From Cirrosporium novae-zelandiae (taxonomy: Eukaryota): 64,000 nt of DNA. This document shows positions 37,080 to 50,006 of this stretch, one piece after another (position 1 is the first letter of the stretch; the number at the start of each line of letters is the position of its first letter). Location of the stretch: the NCBI GenBank assembly GCA_026023565.1, contig JAPETS010000021.1, positions 62,001 through 126,000 of the forward strand. Direction: 5' to 3'. The notes below the pieces were generated by a model. The model searched no databases, was not told the origin of the DNA, and was given only the letters and a program-made list of their open reading frames with translations. The position numbers were made by a program, and so were the translations under genes.

Positions 37080-40000
37080 TCATATGTATGCTGCCAGGTT
37101 ATCATAGGCATCCTCATTTTCTTCCAAGTTTTCGCTACTGCCTAACGTTTCGACTAGTATCACATGGGCTTTCATTTTGTATTCCTCGGCTCGTGGATCA
37201 TTGAGATCTCGCAAGACTAGAGAGAGTTTGAACATTGAGCAAGCGATCCTTGTCTCAAAAAGAGATTGAATAGCCATGCTTTCTAATATCCTGATAGCTT
37301 CATAGAAAAGATCCCTGCCATAGAAACTTTTAGTAACATATATATATCATAGTACGCTTTCCACGTACCTCGCTTCAGTAAGCTGGTGCAAATGATGATG
37401 ACAAGATGCCAACATATGCAGAGTGCTAACAGTGTCATGGTGATCTCCTAGTTCCTCTGATCTTAATTGAAAGGCTTCTGTCAATAGTTCTTGCGCTTCC
37501 TTTGCCCTTCCTTGCAGAAGGCGCATGTACCCAAAGTTGTGGTACGTTGGAGCCCTCCTCAAGGTATCAGGCGAGCTTTTTCCAACCTCCAACGACATGG
37601 TATAATATCCTTCTGCCTTTTCCCAATGTCCTTGGTGTCCGTACATATTTGCCATATTGCTATATGAGAGGCTGAAAAGATAATCGAGATTTGGTTGGTT
37701 CGCCTGGTTCTTCCATCTTTCCTTCAACGCCAGGGAGAGCTTATTGTTGATTTCAGCTTCATCTAGATGACCCAAGGCACAGTATATGCCTACGAGATTG
37801 TTGTATGCATTTGCAAGCTGTATCTCATCAAGAACTGTTGCATTTCTGCCCCCAGATTTATTCTTTCCCCTTTCAAGGTTCGATTTAGCTGCAAGTATTA
37901 GTTTCTTTCCTTGGTCCAGAAGCCTGCACTCCCGGAGTTAGATTTCTCCATCCACAAGTAATTCTGTCAAGATTGATAGCAGCGTCAAGTGACCCCGGAA
38001 GGCTGTAGCAGCAGCGTTTAGGGAGATTACATGAGAGATCTACTTCTTACAATTTGGCCACTCTGCACTTAAAGGCTCTGCAAAATGCGGTTGCCTGGGG
38101 AATACTTTGCGGACTAGGAACAGGATTCCGTTGAAGGCATTCTGCAACATAGTAGGATCAAGTTGATTATGAGCATACCTTCTGATCTGGCAATGCATCG
38201 ATAGAGTTGATGTGTTTATGCCCGAGGTCTTCGTGACCAACGAGTATCTTTGAAGTTCGAGAAATGTTAGTTCAAAGCTAGTACACTGACGTTAGCCTCC
38301 ATCAAATCTCCGACATAGAAGAGCGACTTACTCGGAGTGGGTTGTTAATGATTGTATCTCTGATTCCTTTAAAGCTCCAGCGTCAAACAACTCTTCAGGA
38401 ATTCTATCTGGGTCTAGAAAAGCCATCATACTAATTAACAAGATGGCTGTTGTTGATAATTTACCAAACGCCAGCTTCCACGTTGTTGCAAGAGTATGCA
38501 AGTATGATACTGCTCGGGGGCCTTCAACCCGGGAATCAACGGGTGATGCGGTAGGAAGTTGTTGATAGAGTAATAGGAACTTATAAGGATCAGAGTTTGT
38601 TGCAGCAATGTAGGACCCGATTTAGCGGATTGTAACAGGAAGCCTCCCGACCTCATTCACTATCTTGCCTGCAATTGTTTTAGACATATGTTGGGTTACT
38701 TTAGATGAAACTTCTTGCAATAACTGGATGCCCTCTGCTTGTGAGAAGGACTCTACCTTAACACCTTTCATGAGATGCTCTTAGAAAAGCCAACTTCGGT
38801 CTTGGATCGTAAGTAATATTGAATCTCCAGTGGATAGAGCCTAAAATTCTTCTATGTCGTGCGGGCTATTAGTATTATCGAAAACAAGTAGCCAGTCTTT
38901 CTCTAATAGAAATTATTTGAGTATATCGAAATTCCATAGGGAATTGATAACAAACCTTCTTCACACAGCCAGTCTTCTACCAGTGCTTGGGCTTAGGAGT
39001 GACCTGCATCGTTTAATCTTAGCTTTCGGGCAATTTCAACAAATCCTTGAGCAGTCTTGACGGCGGTGTCACACGTAATCCAGAAGCATGCTTGGTAAGA
39101 AGCTTTATATCTGTATATATACTCCAAGGCTATCTGAGGTTTGCCGTTTCCTCCTAGAACCCAGAGCGCAATGGATTTAAGAGTATTCCTATTGTAAATT
39201 GAAGGGGCTTGGATTTCGTGGATCCTCGAGAGATAGATTTAACGGTCATAGAATGTTTGCCTTCTTGGATATGGCACACTGAAAAGATGGGCCTACGTTA
39301 ACCCTAGCTGTTTTGATGACGTTGATCTCTCAGTAAGATTTAGACGTGACACGTCTCCCATGGCGGCAGCATTGGCCTCACGATTTCTTTTCTGGGCGTG
39401 GAGGAAGTGGGCAGAGTTTAATTCTTGCTCAACTTTAGCTTTCAATTCTCTTAATCGTCGTAGTTGCATTCGAAAACTCCTTTGGTTTCATTTCCATTTT
39501 AGCTTAGTGATAATTCCTAAAGGTTTGTCAATCTAATTGGATGTGAGTGAAAAGCTTCTAGCCTACCTATGTCGGAAATTTTTGACAGTCAGAACTCCTA
39601 CAGATATATACTTTTGATAAACGTCCATTATAACCAAGTGCAAGTCAGGACTATCAGGAATGAGATCAATATATGAATCGTAGCGATGGAGGGTGCTCAA
39701 GAGATCGTCAAAGATCCCGAGAATGAAATCCATTATATCAGGTATTTCCAATGTCGCCTAACAAAACCAGTGATCAATAACTCCTTATTTGTTTGATGTT
39801 ATCACCTCGGCTACTAATCCCAAAATGCCTCTTATCATTGATGCTGGTCGAGGGAGCCCTGGGTGGATGTTATCTAAGATATGTGCCACCGGTCGGGAAA
39901 GACGAATGACCTTTTTAAGGCGAGGGGGGTTGCGCTTGAGAGAATTTTCATGTTTATCAAGGTAAGTTTCAAGCTTGGTCAGGTCGTTGAACAATGGCAT

Positions 40001-40165
40001 GCGAAGGCGTTCTTCTGAACCTAATTCTTTGAGATAAATTTGGCCTACTTTCACGGTGCGAGTAATACAGAAACTGATATGAAAAGTAAATTGCTTTGAT
40101 GATACATCTCGAAATGGAGAATCTAGGAAACAGACCTGAATACACGGACGTTTTAGGCGGTACAA
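37080..40165 (-). pseudogene. Fungal NLR pseudogene: N-terminal helical domain + NB-ARC + TPR repeats
   Basis: SIALWVLGGNGKPQIALEYIYRY...CFWITCD (degenerate P-loop ~39137-39154), DWLLVFDN (Walker B), MAFLDPDRIPEELF, LSMHCQI, TPRs such as YSNMANMYGHQGHWEKAEGYY; several stops and frameshifts. Confidence 0.85.
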
Positions 40166-40399
40166 GTTAAAAAATCAATACATTGTATTACTAAGGTTGC
40201 TTTGAATAATTCTTGGAGAAAAGCTGACTGATTTAACGCACCTCTAGGCAGCAGATACCCCTTTGAATATCCTGCTGTGTTATGTTGCCGGGTTCGTGCA
40301 TAAAAAATCCTATGCTACTTGAAGCGACGAGGTGCAACTTGGATTACCAAATCATGCTATGACACGCCGAATGGGGTTGCCGCTTTCCTAGGAGTCCCG

Positions 40400-42268
40400 A
40401 AGACCCTAGTTTTCTCAACTCTTGTAAAGTGCACAGGAGGTATTATACGCTTAATCTCAGGCGCTGGCCCTTCACATACACCCGCTTGAAGATCCTAGTC
40501 AATCCTAGCTATTTTCTCGGTATCATCGCGTGTGAAAGAGAGAAGAATGAGTGGTAGCGTCATATATCCTTCCATTCCTTTCCTTATTGCATCATCCCTC
40601 GAATGAGGAATGAACGTCCAAGCATCATAATGATAGTGTTGCAGTTTAGTGCACTGTTTTTTAAGGTTATTTATATGAAAACTTAGTAGTTCTGGATTTG
40701 GTCTACTGTCAACCTTAGATTCCGATAATCTATAAACGTCGATGGTAAAGCTGAATCCTTCGTTGGCATAGGATCCAATATATTCTTCAAGTGGAGCGGC
40801 CTTTGTATGCTGGACCCTATTAGATACCCACTCTTCGACAAGGGCTGGCCAGATGAGGCTAGATGTTTGAGCTGCAGATTTCGCATATGATTCGTAGTCG
40901 ACATGAGGCTGCATATCGAAAAGGCTTTGGCAGAGTGCTTGTGCAATTAGGTCCGCGGGATCTCCACGACTAGGGGTACAATTCGCCATGACAACTATTG
41001 CACTACAGCTATCCGGAAATGTGTAAAAGGCCGTAGTGAAACCATTAAATTCTCCATAATGAGCTATGGTGAGCCGGGGAGGGCCATCTTGATTCATGAC
41101 TGGAGGATCAGGCAGTAGTGCAAAATTAGGACCAATTGACCCAAGCCAGGACGATGGCAACATGTGGCGAAACCATCCCAGGCCGTAGGAGTTCTCGTAC
41201 TCGCTGGCTTCCAGGGTCATCGGTCGATGAGCATATCTTATGAACTGCATCTGTTTCAAAGGATTTGATGAGAGCGACGAAGAAGCCAAGGGGTGATTCC
41301 CATCCACCTGCTCTGTCTCTGTTTCTGCATCCATGACTGCTTTTTCCCAGGTGAGCATGTCTCGAACTGAGCTCCTGACATATCCTGCTCCAGCTTGAAG
41401 AGATCCATCATTAAGAGCCGGCAATTCCAAAGGGTGTAGAGAATAATCATCTAGCACGGCATATCCTCGCGCAAAATTGCCATCCGCTGGATAGTTTTCG
41501 TTTTTTGTGCAGCTTCGGGTCATCCCTAAAGGCTTGAATATTTTATTTTCAAGAACAGTGTCAGATGTTGTTCCGGACACTTTAGCAATGACATCGCTCA
41601 CAATACCAAGCAAGGTGTTGTTGTAAAGCCAGCGAGATCTGAAATCATAACACACAAGAAGATGAGACGCAATTTTCACTTGCTCCTTCCCGGGATTATA
41701 GAACTCGTCATGAAATCCACAGACAATGTGGTCAAGCGGGGCCAGGCCTGTTCCGTGGGAACATAGGTCCAGCAGCGTAGCTCTGTTGCTTATCTCAGGA
41801 TCATGAACTGTGTGGAATTCAGGCAGATAGGTCTTTATGGGCTCAGTCCATGACAACTTTGATTCATTTACCAGGATGCCACATGTTGCTGTTGTAAAAG
41901 CTTTTGTGTAAGGGCCACACAGTAAACGGTATTTTCATCGGGCTTGAGATTCTTTTCTACGTCGGCGAATCCTTCACCGTGTAGGAAGACGACTTTTCCT
42001 TCATGTAATACTTCACAGGAGATGGATGCAGCACCGAATGATTTGCGAATGTTCGTTATGACTGGATATAACTCCTCGAACCTTCTTGTTATATCAGTTA
42101 GCTTAATTGCCTGTAGGCTACTGGAAGGAGAATCAAATACTTGGAGAGTGCTAGATCGGATGAATCAGATTCCGAAGTCATCAAAGATTGTTGACGTTTA
42201 GTTTTCGGATTAGTTAGTAAAGAGGCTGCTTTATAACTATTAAGGAATGACGTCTTGGAGCTAGACAT
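40400..42268 (-). pseudogene. Class C beta-lactamase-like serine hydrolase (C-terminal DUF3471-like region), disrupted
   Basis: GEGFADVE...PDENTVY, frameshift at the SxxK motif (~41905), ATLLDLCSHGTGL, WLYNN, IFKPLGMTRS, HYGEFNGF, EYIGSYANEG; TAG at 40495 probably from TGG. Confidence 0.75.
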
Positions 42269-42390
42269 GAAGTTGATAATATTAACATTCAGCATTTTCG
42301 GAATCTCTAACTCATACATCAGTACACAGCCACTACTATTGTTCTTTGTACTTCTCTTACCTACCAAATTTAACCTCTACACGCTTCAGC

Positions 42391-42789
42391 ATGTTGCTAT
42401 GGAGTGAAGACTTCGTTGTCAGGTCCGAAGTTATCGGTACTTGTGGATTTGAAGGCGACGGCGGCACATACGGCCTAGGGGTGAGGCTTGGCGCATATAT
42501 TCAATGGATCAACTGCATGTTCGCCTATCACTCCTCTCCGTCCAAGGCTACGCCCATGCGTACTGTGAATACCTGTTTCCATCTAGCCATGTTTATCGCC
42601 TTGATCAACCTTACTATCAATAAAGACGATCTCCACGTGGTTGAGGTATTTGTCATACTTTTATTTTGTATGGGTGGGCTTTACTTTACATCAGTGTTAC
42701 CCTCGCAACAAACTCAGAGTCCCTCGCAAACGCCAAAACAAGAAAAAAGATATCCTTTTCCAGCACTTTCATCATCTGGCTTAGGGTAG
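42391..42789 (+). pseudogene. Truncated fungal multi-pass membrane protein
   Basis: C.FEGDGGTYGLGVRLGAYIQW motif followed by hydrophobic helices; ends at AT-rich repeat-like DNA. Confidence 0.45.
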
Positions 42790-43703
42790 GTAAATACTAG
42801 TGTATACCATATATACTCGAGGCCACTCAGTGTTTATACATTTATCCTGGCCTTGTACAGGCACGCGAGTCCTAAAATAAACAGGACTTATAAATTTATT
42901 TCCTTTTTTCCTGAAGAAACCATTAAACAAAATTAATTTTTTTATGTTTTAGACTTTAAAAAGCCCGAGGGTGGATTGCCTATTCGTACCTTCGGTCTCC
43001 GAAAAAATCATTTTTGGACAATAGAAACTGCTGTGTTGCTGTCTTTTCTATTAGTTTTAAGCACAAAGCCTTTTTACAGAATATATAAACTAGTACATTT
43101 CCCCCCCTTAATCCTATACCTACCTACCTTACAGCCCTAACAATCCGAATTCCTCAACCCCCCCCCCCCACAACTCTCTCACAAGTATATCAATCCCCAG
43201 AATAAATGCTTCCAGCAATCCTCCGCAGTCCATTCACAGCTACAATCCTTGCTACTCACTGGGTTTCAATCATCTACTCTACCAAAATGTAAAGTTCCTA
43301 TCTTATCTATCTATACCTACCCGTCCGTCCCCTACCTACGTCACACAAAAATTTACAAACAAATTAACAAATCTAGAATAGATACCGTTACAACAAGTTC
43401 CTGGAAAAAGAACTGCAAAAAAGGAAAAGTATCCTCGAAACACTACAAAAACAAAAGTAACAACAGCTCACTCACCACTGCGACGACGACGCAACGCGAA
43501 GAACAAAAGAAATCTTCTAAACCGCGTTTTACAACTGCTTCTTCTTACATGTCGTTGTTTTGAATATGGCTCCTTTCACTGGACCAGTAGTTTCTACAAA
43601 AATGTCTGCTGCTCTATGTAGTCTCACACTACCCTTGGTTCTAGTAAGTCAGTATAAGTACGTTCTCCTTGCAACTACGTAAGAAGAAAGCTTCCTGACA
43701 CTT

Positions 43704-44008
43704 TGATACAGTATGGACAAGCGGGATAGGCTCAGAAAGGAGATTACAGCTATGGATAAAGAGATTAATCGTTCGAAGGAAGTGAAAGAGGGCCGGATGC
43801 GGAAAGCATAAAGCTATGGAGCGGATAGAGTTGAGGGGAAATGCGTCATAGATAAAATGGAAAGCTCATAGAGCAAAAGGAGAAAGCTGAGGAAGGTCAG
43901 CTTTCAGTCTTGTATTCTACTAAGACCTTACTATTGAAATATAACTATTACATGCGCATGCAATGGACTTACACCGCTACCTACGCTATCGTAGCCTAGT
44001 CCTTGACA
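43704..44008 (+). mobile_element. LTR-like remnant related to 20994-21241
   Basis: TG...TTGACA ends; shares cagctttc.gt.ttgtattc.acta.agac..tactattgaaata and cgctac.tacg.tatcgta.cctagtc.ttga with the first copy; no clear TSD; 5' boundary uncertain. Confidence 0.55.
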
Positions 44009-45312
44009 CTCGACATCACGAATCACACAATTCAGCCCGGATGTGCAAATGTTTGGTTCAGTTGTATTGTTGTGATGGGTTCCCTATTAGGCTAGACTCC
44101 TAGGGCACATGCCCTAAGCCCACTTTATAATTATCAACTAACCAATTAAACCCCTGTTACATCATATGACTAGACGGTCTAGTCTATCCCTAACCCTAGG
44201 CTGCTTTAGACCTCAACTAATACATACCACACCATTATTACAATGCCTAGGATAATGTTTATTATCTAGGTATAACTTGTGTGGATTATATGACTTCGGG
44301 CCTAGAATCAAAGGTGCAAGGCTCAGGGATCTATATACAGTGGGTCGTATATGGCCTGGCATCTGTTACAACCATCCTCTTTTATCAGTGACCAACTTGA
44401 ATCTCCTCCACCCAACTATGGTACCTTTCTATATATCTCAAATTTTGTAATTATCCAGATATCATTTTACACAGGCCATAAACATACCCTGAAGGTGAAA
44501 TTGGCAAACGACTTGCCTATTACTATATCATGCCAATAAAGCCTGATTCATTATGGGTTTCCATATCTTATATATATATATATATATAGAAACTTTACAA
44601 GCACCATGCGAGAAATCTCTATTTATTGCTGAGGAATTGGAATGGGCATTTTCTACATGGATATAAACTCTGTTCTCACTCCCTTTCTCCCTCATGGTGG
44701 TTTTTTTTCTTCTATAGTTCATGTGTGGCTCTATGCCTACGGTACCCCCAAGCGATAGACAAGTAGGCGGGCAAGCAGGCAATCACTTCTATGTCGTCGT
44801 CGTGCTGGGGAACCGGTATTTTTTGCATCAGGACTCTTTGAATGGTACTGCCGCTGCTACTACTTGAAGAAACTGAAGTCTTTATATTTAGGAAAAAAGG
44901 GAGGATAGGATAGGTGGATTTGATCTATTGAATTTTCGTCACTTTGAGATATATTTGTTATTTTTCTTTCTTTTTTAGTATGGTCGATAATGAATGGTTA
45001 AGGATAGTTTAATGTTTCGGCCTCTGCCTGACCTTGTCGACCTATAGTTATCGATGACTTAACCTGGAAAATAAGGAGGGATGATGGAGGACTTGTTTTC
45101 TTGAGTTTTTTTGCTTCACAGATTTTTGTTTGTTTCTTGATGCGCTTACGACGCAACTACTAATTAATGCTGCTCTACATATCGCAGTATAGAATCCAAC
45201 ATCAATTTGCTACCTACTGTAGGTAGCTAAGCCGAAAGACAGAAGGGTCCATGCGATGAGGGGCACAATGGTATAAGATAAGCGCATATAGGTGTTAGGG
45301 TTATAAACCGGT

Positions 45313-45318
45313 CACGTG
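45313..45318. promoter_or_regulatory. CACGTG E-box (Pho4/NUC-1/PalcA- or Cbf1-type) upstream of the Git1-like permease
   Basis: GTCACGTGCC ~550 bp upstream of the ATG at 45865. Confidence 0.35.
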
Positions 45319-45864
45319 CCACCCACTATTTAGCTAGCGATCCCACACATAGAATCCACAAGTTTGTCGCATTTCTCTGCTCCAATAATAGGTGGGGCCC
45401 GAGAGCCTCAGGTAGCAATGTCAGATAATTGTTTCTGATTTCAAGTACCTACTGTAATAACGTAACTGACTAGCTCTAGAATATCTTTTTCCCCTGGCTG
45501 TTAAGAGATGGATTTAAGGTTATCTGATAGCGGACATTTCCATCTTTTTTGATCCACCCGTCGGAGTTCCAATTGACCCACTCAAATTAACTTGTTTTCA
45601 TCTGCAACTACAGGGTTTATTGTCTTATCGTTATCCTTGATTGTTCATGAACCAAAATCAATTTGTCAAGATTTACTTTGAGTAGATACCAGATAGTATC
45701 GACAAGATGACCAACGTACTTACAGACCCTCTGTCCCCCCGAGGGAGAGGGCATAAATTTTCTCGGACTGCTGGTGCATCCAAGGTCTCGTCTTCTTACA
45801 GGTCCAGCTGCTTTTCCAGTCCTATATAGCTTCGTGCGATTCATCGACAACCCAAACAGTCGCC

Positions 45865-47476
45865 ATGGAGGAAAAGAATGGCGAAATTACAAAAGATGTC
45901 GGCGCCGTCGAGGCTACCGTCGAGCCCGCCGACATCGAGTCCACAGAAGAAGCGTCGTCAAAGACTTATTCGAAGTTGGCCACGGTGGCTATGGTAGTCT
46001 TCTCAGGTTTGGCAATCGGCTCAGATGCTTTCAATGTCTCCATCGTTGGGCAGATCGAGCTAATCTTGGCAATCCTCTACCCGGACGCCCTCACCACCTC
46101 CATGTACGGACGGCTGAGCAACGCGTTCATGATCGGGATGATTTTCGGTATGATAGGCTTCGGATATCTATCGGACAAAATTGGACGGAAGTCTGGCGCT
46201 GTCATGACAACAATTATTCTGACTGTTGGAATCGCAATGAGCGCTGGAGCGAGTGGGAACACGCCTACGGGTCTGCTTTGGATGTTGGTTATTTCTAGGG
46301 GAATTGCTGGTGTTGGAGCTGGGGGAGAGTATCCTGTTGCAGGAGCCGGTGCTGCAGAAGCTACAGATGAGACGGGATCCGGACAGAAAAACCGTGGATT
46401 CATATTCGCGATTATCGCAGATACATTGCCTTGTCTTGGCTTCGTATTCTCTGGCATTGTTCCAATTCTCCTCATACTCTGTTTCCATCAAGACCCGGCT
46501 CATTACGACAAGGTTTGGCGTATCAGTTTGGCTCTTGCCGCTATTCCGCCTCTTTCGATTTTCTGGTTTCGATATAAGATGGTTGTGAGCACGGCATATA
46601 AAAAGAGCGCTATGAAAAAGCAGCGAGTGCCATATCTACTCGCATTCAAAAAATACTGGAGAAATGTACTTAGCGCTGGCCTGACATGGGGACTGTAAGT
46701 TTTCCTTCACATCTTACCACTCTCCAAAACTAATTTTGAATCCCAAGATACAACTATGTCGCCTACCCATTCGGACTCTTCTCCTCCACCATCATCTCTC
46801 AACTCGGCATCGGGGACTCGATGATCAAGAATCTCGGCTGGGGTGCCGTGATAAACTGCTTCTACATCCCAGGTTCCTTGATGGGCGGTCTCCTCAGCGA
46901 CCGCATCGGCCGCCGCAAGACAATGACTATTGGATTCCTCTCCCAAGCAGTCCTGGGTTTCATTCTCGGCGGGTTATTCTTTAAAATCGAACCCATCACT
47001 CCACTTTTCATCGTCTTCTACGGAATCGTAAGACTCTCCTTCATCCTTCCTTAAACACTAGATCAAAACTAACCACTTGATAGTTTCTCACCCTCGGTGA
47101 ACTCGGCCCGGGCGCAACCGTCGTAATTGTAGCCTCCGAGTCTTTCCCGACCAGCATTCGCGGTCAAGGCATGGGTCTGGCAGCGGCCATGTCAAAAGCT
47201 GGCGGCGCGATCGGAACCTCGGTCTTCAAACCCATCCTCGCGCACTGGGGGGACGATTCCATGAAAGGCACCCAGGCAGTATTCCTGATCGGAAGCGCAT
47301 TTTCATGCGTTGGGGCCGCGGTTGCTTTTTTTATGGTTCCGGATGTTGATAAGAGGTTGGGGAGTGAGGACGAGGTGTGGAAACGATATTTGGAGGATCA
47401 TGGGTATGAGATTGAGTGGGGGACGAAGGGGGGTGAGGAAGAGGATAAGGAGGCAGAGAAAGTGGTCAAGTCCTAA
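45865..47476 (+). CDS. MFS glycerophosphodiester (Git1-like) permease; introns ~46695-46747, ~47028-47083
   Basis: FSGLAIGSDAFN, FGYLSDKIGRK, RGIAGVGAGGEYP, LSDRIGRRKT, GELGPGAT...SESFPTSIRG.GMGLAAAMSKAGGAIGT. Confidence 0.85.
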
Positions 47477-47925
47477 ATTGGTTTAAATATATATGTAGGT
47501 GTATGTATTGTGTATATAAAGATGCGACCAAAAAGTTCAACTTGTATATACCACTGCCCAATAGGGTTCATTTTATCCAGTCAGAAAGAGCTCAAGTAGA
47601 AGGCTAATTAATAATCTAGTGGCAAATTCAATGCAAACCTCAGGCAGAACAAAGAGCTGTTGCGGATTTAGGGTTGATGTGACGTAACCCTAAAATTTAG
47701 AGCTTAGCGCCTTTTTATAGGCGTAGTTCTTTCGTTGGACATAAACCATCTCTCTTACACATTACAATATTATTATCTACATGCACGTATTATTTAAGCC
47801 AACTTTCTATGTCCCTAGTCTATAACCAGTAACTTGTATGGGAATGAAGAACCTTCTACTCTGATGCCTTGGCACGTCTTACAAGCTGATCTCTTCGTAT
47901 AACATGACATTACTTCCATTGTCGT

Positions 47926-50006
47926 TCACCAAGCCCATTTCCATACTCTCTTCCCTTCTTCTACCGGCTCTCCTTTCTCCTCTTCACCAATGCTCTCTTG
48001 TTCCTCTCCGACGTGCTTCTCGATTCTTCGATTGCTCCATATATATTGCCCAATCTGCAGGGCCGTAATAACCCACCCGGAAGCTGCTAGCGCGACGATT
48101 GCCGTGAAAGCTCGAAGATACTTGGGCGCATCTTCGGTCCGAAAAACTTGAGATCCTGCTATCCCCCCGGTGTTTGCGGCCATGACTATCATTGCCATAG
48201 CAACACTGCGCTGCTGTGCTGTCTTGCAATTTACCGACAGCCAGCCTATGTTCAGGACACTACATTTGAAGATGGGTTAGAAGTCTGTCTGGTGGGAGTG
48301 TAAGGGAGTAGGGACTTAGGATTGAATACTGACTGGATCGCCGAGTTTGGGACGTTGGCTAGCATTAGAATGGCATAGCGGTGCCATTTCGAAACTCTAT
48401 AGAGAATAGTGCGTAAGCACGCATATGTGATCAATTGCCAAGTGATCGAGACCAGTACGAATGGGCCTCGGCGGTACGTTCGATCACTACAAGCGTGTTA
48501 GACACAGGTAAGGATAATAGGAGCTCAACCAAGCGCACTACTGATTCTACAAGAAGGGACACATACCTCAGGAAAGCTAAACACATAGTAAGTACCACAC
48601 ACCCATAATACCCAACACTGGCGAGGGCATTCGCCTGAATAGTTCCATATCCAAAACTTTTCACGATCGATGGCGTGTAGGTGGATAAGCCCTGGATGCT
48701 TATCACACTGGTCATCGTAATCAGCACATGGACCCAGATCCGAGGTTGTTTCACCGTGTCGAGTATATTGCCGCCCGTGATTCTAATGCCCCCTCGGGCT
48801 TTAGCTGGATCGTCGACAAGGACCCGGTTGATCATGATGTGCGATTCTCGGGGGGTGAAGTAGCTCCATTTTCCGCGGCTGATAAGGGGGTATCCATTGC
48901 CAACGGTTGGAGGAAGAAAAAGAATGAAGATAAAACCGATAAAGATGGTAATGATACCCTCGACTATAATGCATAACATTAGTTAAATCAAGTACCAAAG
49001 AATGACTTTTTTAATGAACTCGACAACTTACTGAGAAACAACCACTGCCAACCCGCAAGCCCGTGTTTCCCAGACATTGTCAAAATGCCAGCACCGATCA
49101 GTGAGGATGTTGCAGAGGAAAGCATCTGACCCAGAAAGAAGCAAGTGACCCTCAAGCTTGTTTCACTCTTTCTATACCACGTTGACAAAAAGTAGAGGGA
49201 ACCTGTTGAGCCGCTATTTAGTTCCTATCATTTCCATTGAAGGCCTTCAGCAAAGGAGAGAGACATACCAGGAATAAATCCAGCCTCTAGCAGCCCCAAA
49301 AGCAAGCGAGTGATAAGGTACCCCGCACGATTGTGAATAAAGGCCTGAAATGTCGCTACCGATCCCCACGCCAGGATCTGGCCAGAAAGCCACAGCTGCG
49401 GACCCATCTTTTGTTTCGCTATTAGTAAGGATGTAGAAATACCCAGTCAATATCAACATCGATCCTCCTCCTCTCCCTTTTAAAAAAAGGCCCTCTCCCC
49501 CTCCTCCCCTCCCCTCTCCATCTCTCTCACGCAAAAAAAAAAAACACATACCCTCTGCAAGATAACATTAGATGGGATTTCTAGCAGCACAATCCCCGCC
49601 GAAAGCAGTTGCGTCCCCACATTGATCATGTTGGTATTGATGCCCAAATCCTCGGTGATGGTCGACGTCAGCGCGGTGGAAATGTTCCCGCGATCAAGCT
49701 GCAGGGCGAAGAAGGCAAGTCCAACGATCGGAAGCAGGATGAAATCGATTCTTTTTTGAAGGGAGGTCTTAGTATTGGTCGAGGGGAGGGGATGGGGGAT
49801 AGATGGATGAATAACTCAAACACCATAAACGGACTAACTAGTCAGACTCACTTCTGCCTTGCCTTCACTTCCTCCTTTGGGCTCCAATCCTGCACGATAC
49901 CCACATCGACATCCCCATCCATCACCTGTTCACCTACAACGGTGACCTGTTCAACAGCCCCCCTCTTTTCACCGTCTCCTTGCCGAGAATTTTGTGCCAT
50001 ATCCAT
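47926..50006 (-). CDS. MFS transporter, Dal5/allantoate (anion:cation symporter) family, AstA-like; many introns
   Basis: FFALQLDRGNISTAL, LEIPSN, RLLLGLLEAGFIPG, STWYRKSETSLR, GLAGWQWLF..EGIIT, ANTGGIAGSQVFRTEDAPKY. Confidence 0.85.

Noticed and set aside
20000..44010. Intact Starship or other giant transposon
   Set aside because: No DUF3435 tyrosine-recombinase captain or convincing terminal repeats recognised; cargo-like content alone is not sufficient
47840..47895. Possible C/D box snoRNA (ATGAAGA...CTGA...CTGA)
   Set aside because: C box imperfect, only ~50 nt long, overlaps a likely 3'UTR, and no guide target could be verified
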